Below, one piece after another: positions 13,933-24,000 of a stretch of 24,000 bases of DNA (its first letter is position 1; each line of letters opens with the position of its first letter). The notes beneath the pieces were generated by a model. It was given only the letters and a program-made list of their open reading frames with translations, ran no database searches and had not been told where the DNA came from. The stretch is from Betaproteobacteria bacterium (GTDB lineage: Bacteria > Pseudomonadota > Gammaproteobacteria > Burkholderiales > Casimicrobiaceae): assembly GCA_004293675.1 (NCBI GenBank), contig READ01000015.1:214865-238864 (forward strand), read 5' to 3'. A program made the translations under genes and the position numbers.

Positions 13933-16899
13933 ATGACCCGTCCTGGATTTATCACCAATGCCCTTCGGCTCGCGCTGTTTGGCGGCGGCTTCGTACTGGC
14001 CGCGCCCGTACTCGCCGTCATGACCACCGACAGCCAAGGCAACGTCGGCTACAGCACTGCCGCCGAATGTGACGCAGCCGTTGCAGCTGGCACCGCAAAG
14101 TTCTACGAACCCTTCACCTCGCACCCGCCGCTCAAGCGCGACGGCGAAGCCAACGTCAAACAGGGCAAACTCTCTGACGTGGGCGGCGAATACAACCGCG
14201 GCGCCTGTGATCTAGGCGTCGGTCGCTCCAACGAGCGCGATGGCGTGAGCAAAGCGCTCATTGGTAAATACGTACCCTTCAGCGCGAGCCTACCGGTCAA
14301 CATCTACACCGACGCCAAGGGCGCGATTGTTCGCACCACCATGCAAAAGTGCGACAACCTGCCACGCCCCGTCGGCATCACCGCCGTCTCTGGCACCGAG
14401 TGTTTCGCCAACGTCGCCATCGGCCCACGTTTCGAAACCAAAACAGAACAGATCGTAAAAGTACCCGCAACGAAGCGCTTTGAAGTGGTGCCCGCCACCA
14501 CCAAAACCGTGACCGAGCAAGTGCTCGTGCAACCCGAATTGAAACGCCAGGTGCCCGTGCCTGCAACGCTCAAAACCGTGACCGAACAAGTCATGGTCAC
14601 CCCAGAAACCAAGCGCTTCATTCCGATTCCGGCCACGTTCAAAACGGTCACCGAGCAAGTGTTGGTTCAGCCCGAAACCAAGCGCTTCATTCCCGTTCCA
14701 GCCACGATGAAAACGGTGACTGAACAGGTATTGGTTAGCCCCGAATTCAAGCGTCAGATCCCAGTGCCCGGCACCACAAAAACCGTGACCGAAACGGTAG
14801 TCGTGCGCCCTGAATCTGTTCGCGAAGAGCCGATTCCAGCCACGTTCAAAACGGTCACTGAGACCGTGATGACCAAAGCTGAAAGCAAGCGCATCGAAGT
14901 CATTCCCGGCACATTCAAAACCGTCACCGAACAAGTCGTTGCCACCCCTGAGCGCAAAGAGCTCAAAGTCGTGCCCGCTGTGTTCGAAGACCGTCAAGAA
15001 TCCGTGCTCGACCGCCCCGCCACCACGCGTGTTGAAACCATCGCACCCACGTTCCGCGCTGTCACCGAGCAAGTGCTCGTGACCCCGGAAACCATTCGCT
15101 ATGAGCCCATCGAAATTCCAACGCGCGTTGTCTCTGAGCAAGTATTGGCCACGCCTGCCAGCTCACGCTTAGAAACCATTGCCAGCTCGGTGAAAACCGT
15201 GACTGAGCGTGTTGTTGTTCGCGAGGCCAGCAAGCGCCTTGAAACGGTGCCCGCCGTGTTCGAAACAGTGACTGAGCGCGTTCGTGTCGCTGACAAAGCG
15301 CTCGAATGGAAAAAAGGTCGCGCATGGATCAGCCAAGCACTGACCGTTCGCCCCGCCAAAGGCTTCGCCGTAGGTAGCGACGGTCGTGTTGACGGCGCCA
15401 AAGTTGACGCTGTGAGCACCGCCCCAGTCGCAACGACCACGGGCACACCCGCTAGCGCCGCCGCTGCTGCCGCCGCCGGCATCAATCTCGCTCCGGGCGC
15501 CATCATCGGCAAGGATGACGACGTGTGGTGCTTGGTTGAGATTCCTGAGCGCTTCGAAACGATTACGCGCCAAGTATTGAAAACACCAGCGAGCGTTCGT
15601 GAAGTTGAAGTTGCCGCTGAATACGCAAACGTTGAGCGCCAGGTAGCCGATCGTGCCGCTGCAACGCGCACGGTTGAAATCCCAGCCACGTACCAAACAG
15701 TGACCCGCACCGTTATTGATGTTGAGCGCCTGAAAACACTCGGCTACAAATTCGACGACAAGGGCGACATCGTGACCACACCGAACGGTGAGCGTGTTCT
15801 GCGCGCTGCATCGATCGCGGGTTGGACCGGTAGTGTTTCGGGTGGCCGCGCGGGTGCCCCTGGCGTTACTGCAACCGGTGCTGCTGGCGCGAACGCTGCC
15901 AACACCGCCGCTGCCGTAGGTCAATCCAACGCTATTTCACAGCGCAGCGCTGGTGCCGCTTCCGGCATCGAAGGCTACGTTCGTGAAGTAAAAGTGGCTG
16001 CGGTATTTAAGAACGAAACACGCCAAGTCGTCGACAAAGCTGCGAGCGTTCGCACCATTGAAGTGCCAGCCACGTTCAAAACGGTCAAGAGCCGTGTGAT
16101 GGTGAAACCCGCCACCACCGAAGAGATCGTGATACCAGCGACCTTCAAAACGGTGACACGTCAAGTGGTGGACAAACCCGCCAGCTCGCGCGAAATCGTG
16201 ATCCCGGCTGAATTCCGCACGGTCGAGCGCCGCGTGGTTGACACCCCAGCAACGACCAAAAAAATCAGCGTACCTGCTGAGACACAACAAGTGTCGCGCC
16301 AAGTGATCGACAAACCTGCGTCGTTCCGCGAAGAAACGATTCCGGCTGTGTTCAAAACAGAAACCCGTCAAATCGTTGATAAGCCTGCATCGTTCCGCGA
16401 GGAAACCATCGCAGCGGTCTACAAGACTGAATCGCGTCAAGTGATCGACAAGCCTGCATCGTTCCGCGAGGAAACGGTTCCTGCTGTGTTCAAAACAGAA
16501 ACCCGTCAGATCGTTGATAAGCCAGCGTCATTCCGCGAAGAAACCGTGCCCGCTGTCTTTAAGACCGAAGCTCGCCAGATCGTTGATCGCGCCGCAGCGA
16601 CTCGTGAAATCGACGTGCCCGCCGTGTTCGAAACTATTTCTACGCAAGTAAAAGTAGCCGACGCAACGGTTGAGCGCCGCTCGGTGCTGTGCGAATCCAA
16701 CGCTACCGCGCAAAAGATTCGTGAGATTCAAGTTGCGCTTAAAGAAGCTGGATTTGATCCCGGTCGCGTTGATGGTGTGATTCGTCCATCGATGATGCAA
16801 GCTGTGACGCGATTCCAGCAAGCCAAAAACTTGCCAATCGATGACGGTCGCGCCATCAATATCGCCACCGTTAAAGCGCTGAAAGTGTCACCTCAGTAA
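13933..16899 (+). CDS. Secreted 988-aa repeat protein: Cys-containing N-terminal domain, about 26 copies of a 23-aa repeat in three blocks, and a C-terminal peptidoglycan-binding (PG_binding_1-like) domain
   Basis: ATG at 13933 with GAGGA 7 nt upstream. The signal peptide is MTRPGFITNALRLALFGGGFVLAAPVLA. Typical repeats are PATFKTVTEQVLVQPETKRFIPV and PAVFKTETRQIVDKPASFREETV. The C-terminus is VLCESNATAQKIREIQVALKEAGFDPGRVDGVIRPSMMQAVTRFQQAKNLPIDDGRAINIATVKAL. The track ORF starts earlier, at 13822. Confidence 0.85.
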   Translation: MTRPGFITNALRLALFGGGFVLAAPVLAVMTTDSQGNVGYSTAAECDAAVAAGTAKFYEPFTSHPPLKRDGEANVKQGKLSDVGGEYNRGACDLGVGRSNERDGVSKALIGKYVPFSASLPVNIYTDAKGAIVRTTMQKCDNLPRPVGITAVSGTECFANVAIGPRFETKTEQIVKVPATKRFEVVPATTKTVTEQVLVQPELKRQVPVPATLKTVTEQVMVTPETKRFIPIPATFKTVTEQVLVQPETKRFIPVPATMKTVTEQVLVSPEFKRQIPVPGTTKTVTETVVVRPESVREEPIPATFKTVTETVMTKAESKRIEVIPGTFKTVTEQVVATPERKELKVVPAVFEDRQESVLDRPATTRVETIAPTFRAVTEQVLVTPETIRYEPIEIPTRVVSEQVLATPASSRLETIASSVKTVTERVVVREASKRLETVPAVFETVTERVRVADKALEWKKGRAWISQALTVRPAKGFAVGSDGRVDGAKVDAVSTAPVATTTGTPASAAAAAAAGINLAPGAIIGKDDDVWCLVEIPERFETITRQVLKTPASVREVEVAAEYANVERQVADRAAATRTVEIPATYQTVTRTVIDVERLKTLGYKFDDKGDIVTTPNGERVLRAASIAGWTGSVSGGRAGAPGVTATGAAGANAANTAAAVGQSNAISQRSAGAASGIEGYVREVKVAAVFKNETRQVVDKAASVRTIEVPATFKTVKSRVMVKPATTEEIVIPATFKTVTRQVVDKPASSREIVIPAEFRTVERRVVDTPATTKKISVPAETQQVSRQVIDKPASFREETIPAVFKTETRQIVDKPASFREETIAAVYKTESRQVIDKPASFREETVPAVFKTETRQIVDKPASFREETVPAVFKTEARQIVDRAAATREIDVPAVFETISTQVKVADATVERRSVLCESNATAQKIREIQVALKEAGFDPGRVDGVIRPSMMQAVTRFQQAKNLPIDDGRAINIATVKALKVSPQ
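14425..15294 (+). repeat. Intragenic repeat block 1: 13 x 69 bp (23 aa)
   Basis: Units run from PRFETKTEQIVKV... to PAVFETVTERVRVADKALEWKKG. All are in strict 23-residue register with no indels. Confidence 0.85.
15970..16660 (+). repeat. Intragenic repeat block 3: 10 x 69 bp, including four near-identical units at 16309-16584
   Basis: Units run from AAVFKNETRQVVDKAASVRTIEV to PAVFETISTQVKVADATVERRSV. A short block 2 of 3 units lies at about 15538-15750, between Ala/Gly-rich linkers. Confidence 0.85.
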
Positions 16900-16930
16900 G
16901 CTCGCAGCGATCAACGCATCAGCTTGATGC

Positions 16931-16958
16931 GTCGTCACTAAAAGCCCGCCTCGCGCGG
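16931..16958 (+). terminator. Rho-independent terminator after the repeat-protein gene
   Basis: aaaGCCCGCctcgcGCGGGCttttttta: a GC-rich 6-bp stem (up to 9 bp with flanking A:T pairs) followed by a 7-T run, 32 nt after the stop. A second hairpin, ACGCATCagctTGATGCGT, lies just upstream. Confidence 0.85.
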
Positions 16959-17048
16959 GCTTTTTTTATGCTGGGTAGACAACAAAATGAATTTGTATAT
17001 TCCAAAATAGAAAAATAGACATCCATCGAGTGACCCAACAATGTCGTC

Positions 17049-18710
17049 ATGTACCAATACACCGACATTGACCAAAGAATCGTTGACGAACGAGTTGCGC
17101 AGTTTCGCGACCAAACCGAACGGCATCTGCGTGGCGAATTGTCAGAGGATGAATTCCGTCCACTGCGTTTGCAAAACGGTCTCTACATCCAAAAGCACGC
17201 ACCTATGCTGCGCGTGGCGATTCCGTATGGCTTGCTAAATTCCGAGCAAGTCCGAATGTTTGCGCACATCGCGCGTGAATACGATCGCGATTACGCGCAC
17301 TTCACCACGCGGCAAAACATTCAATACAACTGGCCGGAACTCGCGCGCGTGCCCGACATCCTTCGCGACTTGGCATCGGTGCAAATGCATGCCATTCAAA
17401 CCAGCGGCAACTGCATTCGAAACACCACGACCGATCAATTCGCAGGCATCGCGCCCGATGAAGTGGTCAATCCGCTCGTATGGGCTGAAATTATTCGGCA
17501 GTGGAGCACCATTCATCCTGAATTCGCGTACTTGCCACGGAAGTTCAAAATCGCCATCAGCGGCTCAACCAAAGATCGCGCCGCCACACTCGTCCATGAT
17601 ATTGGTTTGATCGCGCTCACCAATGATGCGGGTGATGTGGGCTTTCGTGTCATCGTGGGCGGTGGTCTTGGGCGCACACCGATTGTGGGCGTTGTCATCA
17701 AAGAATTTTTGCCGTGGCAACATCTCATCACCTACCTTGAAGCGATTTTGCGCGTCTACAACCGCCTTGGTCGTCGCGACAACAAATACAAGGCGCGCAT
17801 CAAAATCACGGTGAAAGAGAACACCCCCGCACAGTTTTCAGCGTGGGTGGAAGAGGAATTTAGCGCCACTAAAAACGGCCCGACGTTGCTCACCGCCGAT
17901 CATGTCGCCGCGATTGCCAATCGTTTCACACAAGCGCTACATCTCGATTTGCCCACCGACGATGCCGCCGAGGTCATGCAGGCCGCCGCCAACAACGACT
18001 ACGCGCGCTGGAGAAAGCGCAACACGCATGCGCACAACGCTCAAGGCTACGCCGCCATCACGCTTTCACTCAAACGCAAAGGCGTTCCACCCGGCGACAT
18101 CACAGCCGATGAGCTCGACGCTGTTGCCCTGCTAGCGGATCAGTATTCACAAGGCGAACTGCGCGTCACACACGAACAAAATCTCGTCTTTGCCGACGTC
18201 GAGGTACGCGCGCTACCAGCACTGTGGAGTGAGCTCAAAGCGCTGGGTTTCGCCACACCCAACATCGGCCTAATCGGCAACATGATCGCCTGCCCTGGTG
18301 GCGATTTCTGCTCACTGGCCAATGCCGCGAGTCTGCCCGTGGCTGCCGCCATCACTGAGCGCTTCGAGTCGCTTGATTATCAATTCAATATCGGTGAACT
18401 CGACCTCAACATCTCTGGTTGCATCAACGCCTGTGGCCATCATCACGTCGGTCATATCGGCATCTTGGGTGTCGATAAAAACGGTGAAGAGTGGTACCAA
18501 GTCACCTTAGGTGGCACCCAAGGCAATGACGCCAAGATCGGCAAGATCATTGGCCCGTCGTTCGCTCGCGCCGAAGTCACCGACGTGGTCGAACAACTCA
18601 TTGAAACCTATCTCACCCTACGCGAACGCGACGACGAACGTTTTGTTGATGTCGTCGCCCGAACCGGAATCGAACCCTTTAAGGAGCGTGTCTATGCCCA
18701 AGCTAATTGA
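17049..18710 (+). CDS. cysI: Assimilatory sulfite reductase hemoprotein (NirA/CysI family, siroheme-[4Fe-4S])
   Basis: 553 aa. The cluster and siroheme cysteine motifs are CPGGDFC and SGCINACGHHH. The N-terminus FRPLRLQNGLYIQKHAPMLRVAIPYG is typical of the Pseudomonas-type CysI that is followed by DUF934. Confidence 0.88.
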   Translation: MYQYTDIDQRIVDERVAQFRDQTERHLRGELSEDEFRPLRLQNGLYIQKHAPMLRVAIPYGLLNSEQVRMFAHIAREYDRDYAHFTTRQNIQYNWPELARVPDILRDLASVQMHAIQTSGNCIRNTTTDQFAGIAPDEVVNPLVWAEIIRQWSTIHPEFAYLPRKFKIAISGSTKDRAATLVHDIGLIALTNDAGDVGFRVIVGGGLGRTPIVGVVIKEFLPWQHLITYLEAILRVYNRLGRRDNKYKARIKITVKENTPAQFSAWVEEEFSATKNGPTLLTADHVAAIANRFTQALHLDLPTDDAAEVMQAAANNDYARWRKRNTHAHNAQGYAAITLSLKRKGVPPGDITADELDAVALLADQYSQGELRVTHEQNLVFADVEVRALPALWSELKALGFATPNIGLIGNMIACPGGDFCSLANAASLPVAAAITERFESLDYQFNIGELDLNISGCINACGHHHVGHIGILGVDKNGEEWYQVTLGGTQGNDAKIGKIIGPSFARAEVTDVVEQLIETYLTLRERDDERFVDVVARTGIEPFKERVYAQAN

Positions 18711-19194
18711 TCGTTACGGAGAGCGGGTAGATCATTGGACCCAATACACCGGCGACGCAGCCAATGTACCCACCGGTAGCTCGGTCATCCTGCCGCTCAC
18801 CGAATTCCGCGAATTCTCGGGCACATGGAAAGCGCACGCCAAGGCCATCGGTGTACGCCTGTCGCCCACCGATGATCCAGCGCTGCTAGTCAACGACCTA
18901 GATAAGCTGAGCCTTATCGCGATCGAATTTCCGGCGTTCACCGACGGCCGTGGCTACAGCAGCGCTCGCTTACTGCGCGAGCGCTACGGCTGGAAGGGCG
19001 AGCTCAGAGCTGTAGGCGACGTGCTGCGCGATCAAATATTCTTGCTATCGCGCTCTGGCTTCGACACCTTCGCACTGCGCGATGATCAAAACGTTCAAGG
19101 CGCACTCGCAGCGTTTAACGATTTCTCGGCGTACTACCAACAGGCTGCGGATCGATTGGTGGGAAGTGGTTCGCCGTTGGCGTTAGCGGCGTAA
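18694..19194 (+). CDS. DUF934-family protein (CysI-associated)
   Basis: ATG at 18694 with AAGGAG 7 nt upstream, overlapping the cysI end by 17 nt. The product is 166 aa (MPKLIDRYGERVDHW...FTDGRGYSSARLLRERYG...). It has the conserved position downstream of cysI. The track's 18511 start lies inside cysI and is rejected. Confidence 0.75.
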   Translation: MPKLIDRYGERVDHWTQYTGDAANVPTGSSVILPLTEFREFSGTWKAHAKAIGVRLSPTDDPALLVNDLDKLSLIAIEFPAFTDGRGYSSARLLRERYGWKGELRAVGDVLRDQIFLLSRSGFDTFALRDDQNVQGALAAFNDFSAYYQQAADRLVGSGSPLALAA

Positions 19195-19310
19195 CGAGCT
19201 AGGGAGACACTGATTAAATCCCGCGAGCAGCGCGCCTTGGATTGGGATCGAGTGCGAAATCGACAAATGCGAGGCATAGCGGGGCTATGGCGAGCATTTT
19301 CGATGCAGCC

Positions 19311-19901
19311 CTAGAGCAATAAATCTCTCTTGGCGATGCGTTGCAACGTCGCACAGAGCAGCACTTTTTCTAGCGCTTGAACGCGACTTTCAAGCGCTTC
19401 GGCTGTTTCACCAGGAAAAACATCGATCGATTGCTGCGCAATCACACGGCCGCTGTCATAGCCACCGTCTACCAAATGCACCGATACCCCCGTACTTGTA
19501 TCGCCGGCGGCAATCACCGCTTCATGCACACGCCGCCCAAACATCCCTTGACCGCCATGCTTGGGCAAGAGCGCTGGATGCGTATTTAAAACGCGCCCCG
19601 AGTACTCGTGAAGTGTCTTGGGTCCAACCATCTTCATATAGCCTGCCAGCACAACCACATCGACTCGCGCTTCGAGCAGCACATCGCGAATAGCTGTGTC
19701 AAGCGCTCCAGCTTGCGGATGTGTCACACCACTCAAATACGCAACGGGTATGCCACTCAGCCTGGCACGCTGCAATGCACCGGACTCTCGATTGTTCGAA
19801 ATCACCAGACACACGACTCCTGCGATGTGATGTTCCAGGCAAGCGTCCACAATCGCCTGTAGTGTTGTACCGCTGCCCGACGCCAATATCGCGATTCTCA
19901 T
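19311..19901 (-). CDS. purN: Phosphoribosylglycinamide formyltransferase
   Basis: 196 aa with MRIAILASGSGTTLQAI, VVVLAGYMKMV and LNTHPALLPKHGG, which are PurN catalytic-region motifs. Confidence 0.9.
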   Translation of the reverse strand: MRIAILASGSGTTLQAIVDACLEHHIAGVVCLVISNNRESGALQRARLSGIPVAYLSGVTHPQAGALDTAIRDVLLEARVDVVVLAGYMKMVGPKTLHEYSGRVLNTHPALLPKHGGQGMFGRRVHEAVIAAGDTSTGVSVHLVDGGYDSGRVIAQQSIDVFPGETAEALESRVQALEKVLLCATLQRIAKRDLLL

Positions 19902-19923
19902 CTACCAACGTTGCCCACAGATG

Positions 19924-20334
19924 TCACGAAGCATCAAACGGCGAAACACATGTCACGCCCAAAGGTTTTGTCAAACCTGGTGCATCTTCGGTATAGAGCC
20001 GCGTCACACCATGCTCGGCGCACGTAGCAATGATGAGCGCGTCCCAGTATTGCAGTTGGTGATCAGCCGCTAGTTTGCGCGCCTCCAAGTGGCCTTCCCA
20101 CGACGAGACCAGCGGCGGCATCATCGAAGACCAAGTCTCAAGGACATCATTGGCGAGCAATCGCGTTGCAATCTTCTTTCGCACCGTAGCGGTAAAAAAT
20201 TCACCGTAGACCTGTGCCGCAATAGGCGATCCATCGCGTATCGCTCGTTTCAAGAGTTTCGACGCTATCGTGTGTTTTTTGTAGTCGCTCGGATCAAAAG
20301 CGTAGATCAGTACGTTGGTATCGAGCGAGATCAT
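19924..20334 (-). CDS. vapC: PIN-domain toxin (VapC-like) of a type II toxin-antitoxin pair
   Basis: 136 aa. The acidic PIN residues lie in MISLDTNVLIY, GEF, YWDALI and YTED. It has a 4-nt ATGA overlap with the upstream antitoxin ORF. Confidence 0.85.
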   Translation of the reverse strand: MISLDTNVLIYAFDPSDYKKHTIASKLLKRAIRDGSPIAAQVYGEFFTATVRKKIATRLLANDVLETWSSMMPPLVSSWEGHLEARKLAADHQLQYWDALIIATCAEHGVTRLYTEDAPGLTKPLGVTCVSPFDAS

Positions 20335-20582
20335 TCGTCGTACGCGTCGGAACGCTCAAACTTCTTTCCATACGGCTTTAGCGCTCGAAATGACAACGCC
20401 TTTTTAATCAGCGCTTCGCGCTCCTCAGCAGTCATCACCGGTTTGGGTTCAGCCGACACCAACTTCACCGCGGTTTGCCCGCGGCGTTTAATCACGATTT
20501 CTTTCCCGCTCGCGGCGAGCGCCGAATAATGAGCGAAATTGTGTACCGCTTCACGAGAGGTGATGGTGAGTGTCGTGTCCAT
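20331..20582 (-). CDS. Phd/YefM-type antitoxin
   Basis: 83 aa. The N-terminus ITSREAVHNFAHYSALAASGKEIVIKRRGQTAVKLVS matches the Phd/YefM fold pattern. It sits immediately upstream of the PIN toxin and overlaps it. Confidence 0.8.
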   Translation of the reverse strand: MDTTLTITSREAVHNFAHYSALAASGKEIVIKRRGQTAVKLVSAEPKPVMTAEEREALIKKALSFRALKPYGKKFERSDAYDE

Positions 20583-20621
20583 CGCAAGATCCTATCAGGA
20601 CGGACACTTAATGTATCACAA

Positions 20622-20651
20622 TAGGTGTAACAAAAACCGTTACCACCTATC
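20622..20651. promoter_or_regulatory. Imperfect inverted repeat upstream of the antitoxin, a candidate TA autoregulatory operator
   Basis: ATAGGTGTAAC-aaaaacc-GTTACCACCTAT has 11/12-nt arms with one extra C. It lies 40-70 nt upstream of the antitoxin start at 20582 on the transcribed strand. Confidence 0.5.
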
Positions 20652-20725
20652 CCAAGCGGCTTTTACCGCCAACTGCTCATCCTGTCGAGCGTCGCCTGAA
20701 ACACCGCCGGTGTCAAAGCATCGCT

Positions 20726-23155
<2,430 letters not shown>

Positions 23156-23176
23156 TCACTAACTTTGTTGCTGTAG

Positions 23177-23261
23177 GCCCAATGAAACAAGGGCTACATA
23201 CGATTTATAAATTAAATTGATAATTCAATAATTACCATAAAAAGCCTTATTTCATAAGGCT
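23177..23261. repeat. Family-D AT-rich element, copy 3, occupying the dnaN-gyrB spacer
   Basis: The left terminus is gcccaATGAAACAAGGGc and the right terminus is GCCTTATTTCATaaggc. From ATG (23182) to the terminus end (23255) is 74 bp, as in copies 1 and 2. Confidence 0.8.
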
Positions 23262-23263
23262 TT
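23239..23263 (-). terminator. Rho-independent terminator after dnaN, formed by the right terminus of the family-D element
   Basis: The minus strand reads aaaGCCTTAtgaaaTAAGGCtttttat: a perfect 6-bp stem (9 bp with A:T pairs) followed by a T-run, 17 nt after the dnaN stop. Confidence 0.65.
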
Positions 23264-23279
23264 CACAGATAAAGTTCGA

Positions 23280-24000
23280 TTAAATACGCATCGGCATCAC
23301 GACGTACTTGAAGTCGGAGCGGCCGGGCACGGTAAACAGCACGCTGGCTGCAGAATCTTGTAGCGCCATCGTCACCTCAGTGGAGCTCACCGTAGCGAGC
23401 GCATCGAGCAAATAATTGATGTTGAAGCCAATTTCCATGCTGCCGCCGTCGTAGGCAATTTCGATTTCCTCTTCGGCCTCTTCTTGCTCGTTATTCGTAC
23501 AGGCAATTTTGAGTGTGCTCGGTGCAAGACCGATGCGCACTCCCCGGAAACGCTCATTCGACAAGATCGCTGCGCGCTGCAATGTCTGCAACAACAACGC
23601 CCGCTCAATCGTAATGATTTTTGTGTGTGCCGAAGGAATCACCCGGTTGTAGTCGGGGAACTTTCCGTCAATCACTTTGCTCGTCAATTCGATATTGCCA
23701 AAACTGAAGCGCACTTGATTGGAGAGGATGTCGACCTTGAGCGGCTCATCGGTATCAGCCAATAGCTTTGATAACTCCATCACCGTTTTGCGTGGCACGA
23801 TGATTTCTTGCTTTGCGAAATCGCCTTCGATGGGCATCGATGCGTAGCTCAAGCGATGGCCATCGGTCGCCACACAAATCAATTGATTTTTTTCGAGCAC
23901 AAAGAGCATGCCGTTCAAATAAAAACGGATGTCTTGTTGCGCCATCGCGAATTCGACCAAACGCAGCGTCGATTTCAATAGTTTTTGCGGCAGCGAAAAG
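23280..24000 (-). CDS. dnaN: DNA polymerase III beta sliding clamp, C-terminal two thirds; the ORF is open to the window end
   Basis: It has FAMAQQDIRFYLNGMLF, VATDGHRL and a C-terminal YVVMPMRI. The frame stays open upstream of the track's TTG at 23978 (...FSLPQKLLKSTL). Confidence 0.95.
   Translation of the reverse strand, partial: FSLPQKLLKSTLRLVEFAMAQQDIRFYLNGMLFVLEKNQLICVATDGHRLSYASMPIEGDFAKQEIIVPRKTVMELSKLLADTDEPLKVDILSNQVRFSFGNIELTSKVIDGKFPDYNRVIPSAHTKIITIERALLLQTLQRAAILSNERFRGVRIGLAPSTLKIACTNNEQEEAEEEIEIAYDGGSMEIGFNINYLLDALATVSSTEVTMALQDSAASVLFTVPGRSDFKYVVMPMRI

Noticed and set aside
14290-16821. Many 60-280-aa ORFs on the minus strand and in other plus frames across the repeat-protein gene
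   Set aside because: They are shadow ORFs produced by the 69-bp periodic, stop-poor sequence. They have low-complexity composition and overlap a strongly supported 988-aa CDS.
18511-18693. Upstream start giving a 227-aa version of the DUF934 ORF
   Set aside because: The extension lies wholly inside cysI in another frame. ATG at 18694 has a strong AAGGAG Shine-Dalgarno and gives the usual DUF934 length.

Overview
This is a chromosomal window from a moderately GC-rich proteobacterium. The gene content looks gammaproteobacterial: CreB/CreC/CreD, a PA0069-type radical SAM protein, CysI with DUF934, and a long-form GyrB. The right end carries dnaN and gyrB on the minus strand, part of the cluster that usually lies near the replication origin. 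Most of the window is ordinary core genome. Left to right it holds an MFS transporter, tex, a VOC-fold protein, a PLP Ser/Thr dehydratase, a divergent DegV-like protein, arginase, creBCD with two small trailing ORFs, a radical SAM protein, a 988-aa secreted repeat protein with a C-terminal peptidoglycan-binding domain, cysI with DUF934, purN, a Phd/VapC-type toxin-antitoxin pair, gyrB and dnaN. I found no rRNA, tRNA, CRISPR array, transposase, integrase, prophage or recognisable defence-gene cluster, so I cannot point to a new multi-gene system. The unusual content is mostly non-coding. Four unrelated small-repeat families occur in 24 kb. (A) A G-rich hairpin unit occurs as an inverted pair inside the tex reading frame and as a single copy between creB and creC. 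(B) A 32-nt hairpin unit occurs as a 4-copy tandem array with a 39-42 bp period, and once more in-frame inside tex. (C) A perfect 20-bp-stem palindrome sits between the convergent MFS and tex genes. (D) A previously unannotated AT-rich 84-bp element has 17-18-bp inverted termini. It is present three times with identical end-to-end spacing, always in intergenic DNA, and one copy sits where recF is expected between dnaN and gyrB. Other points of interest are the strictly 23-residue-periodic giant repeat protein and a canonical CTGT-N8-ACAG SOS box abutting the radical SAM gene. All family assignments come from motif recognition by eye. No database search or computation was run.
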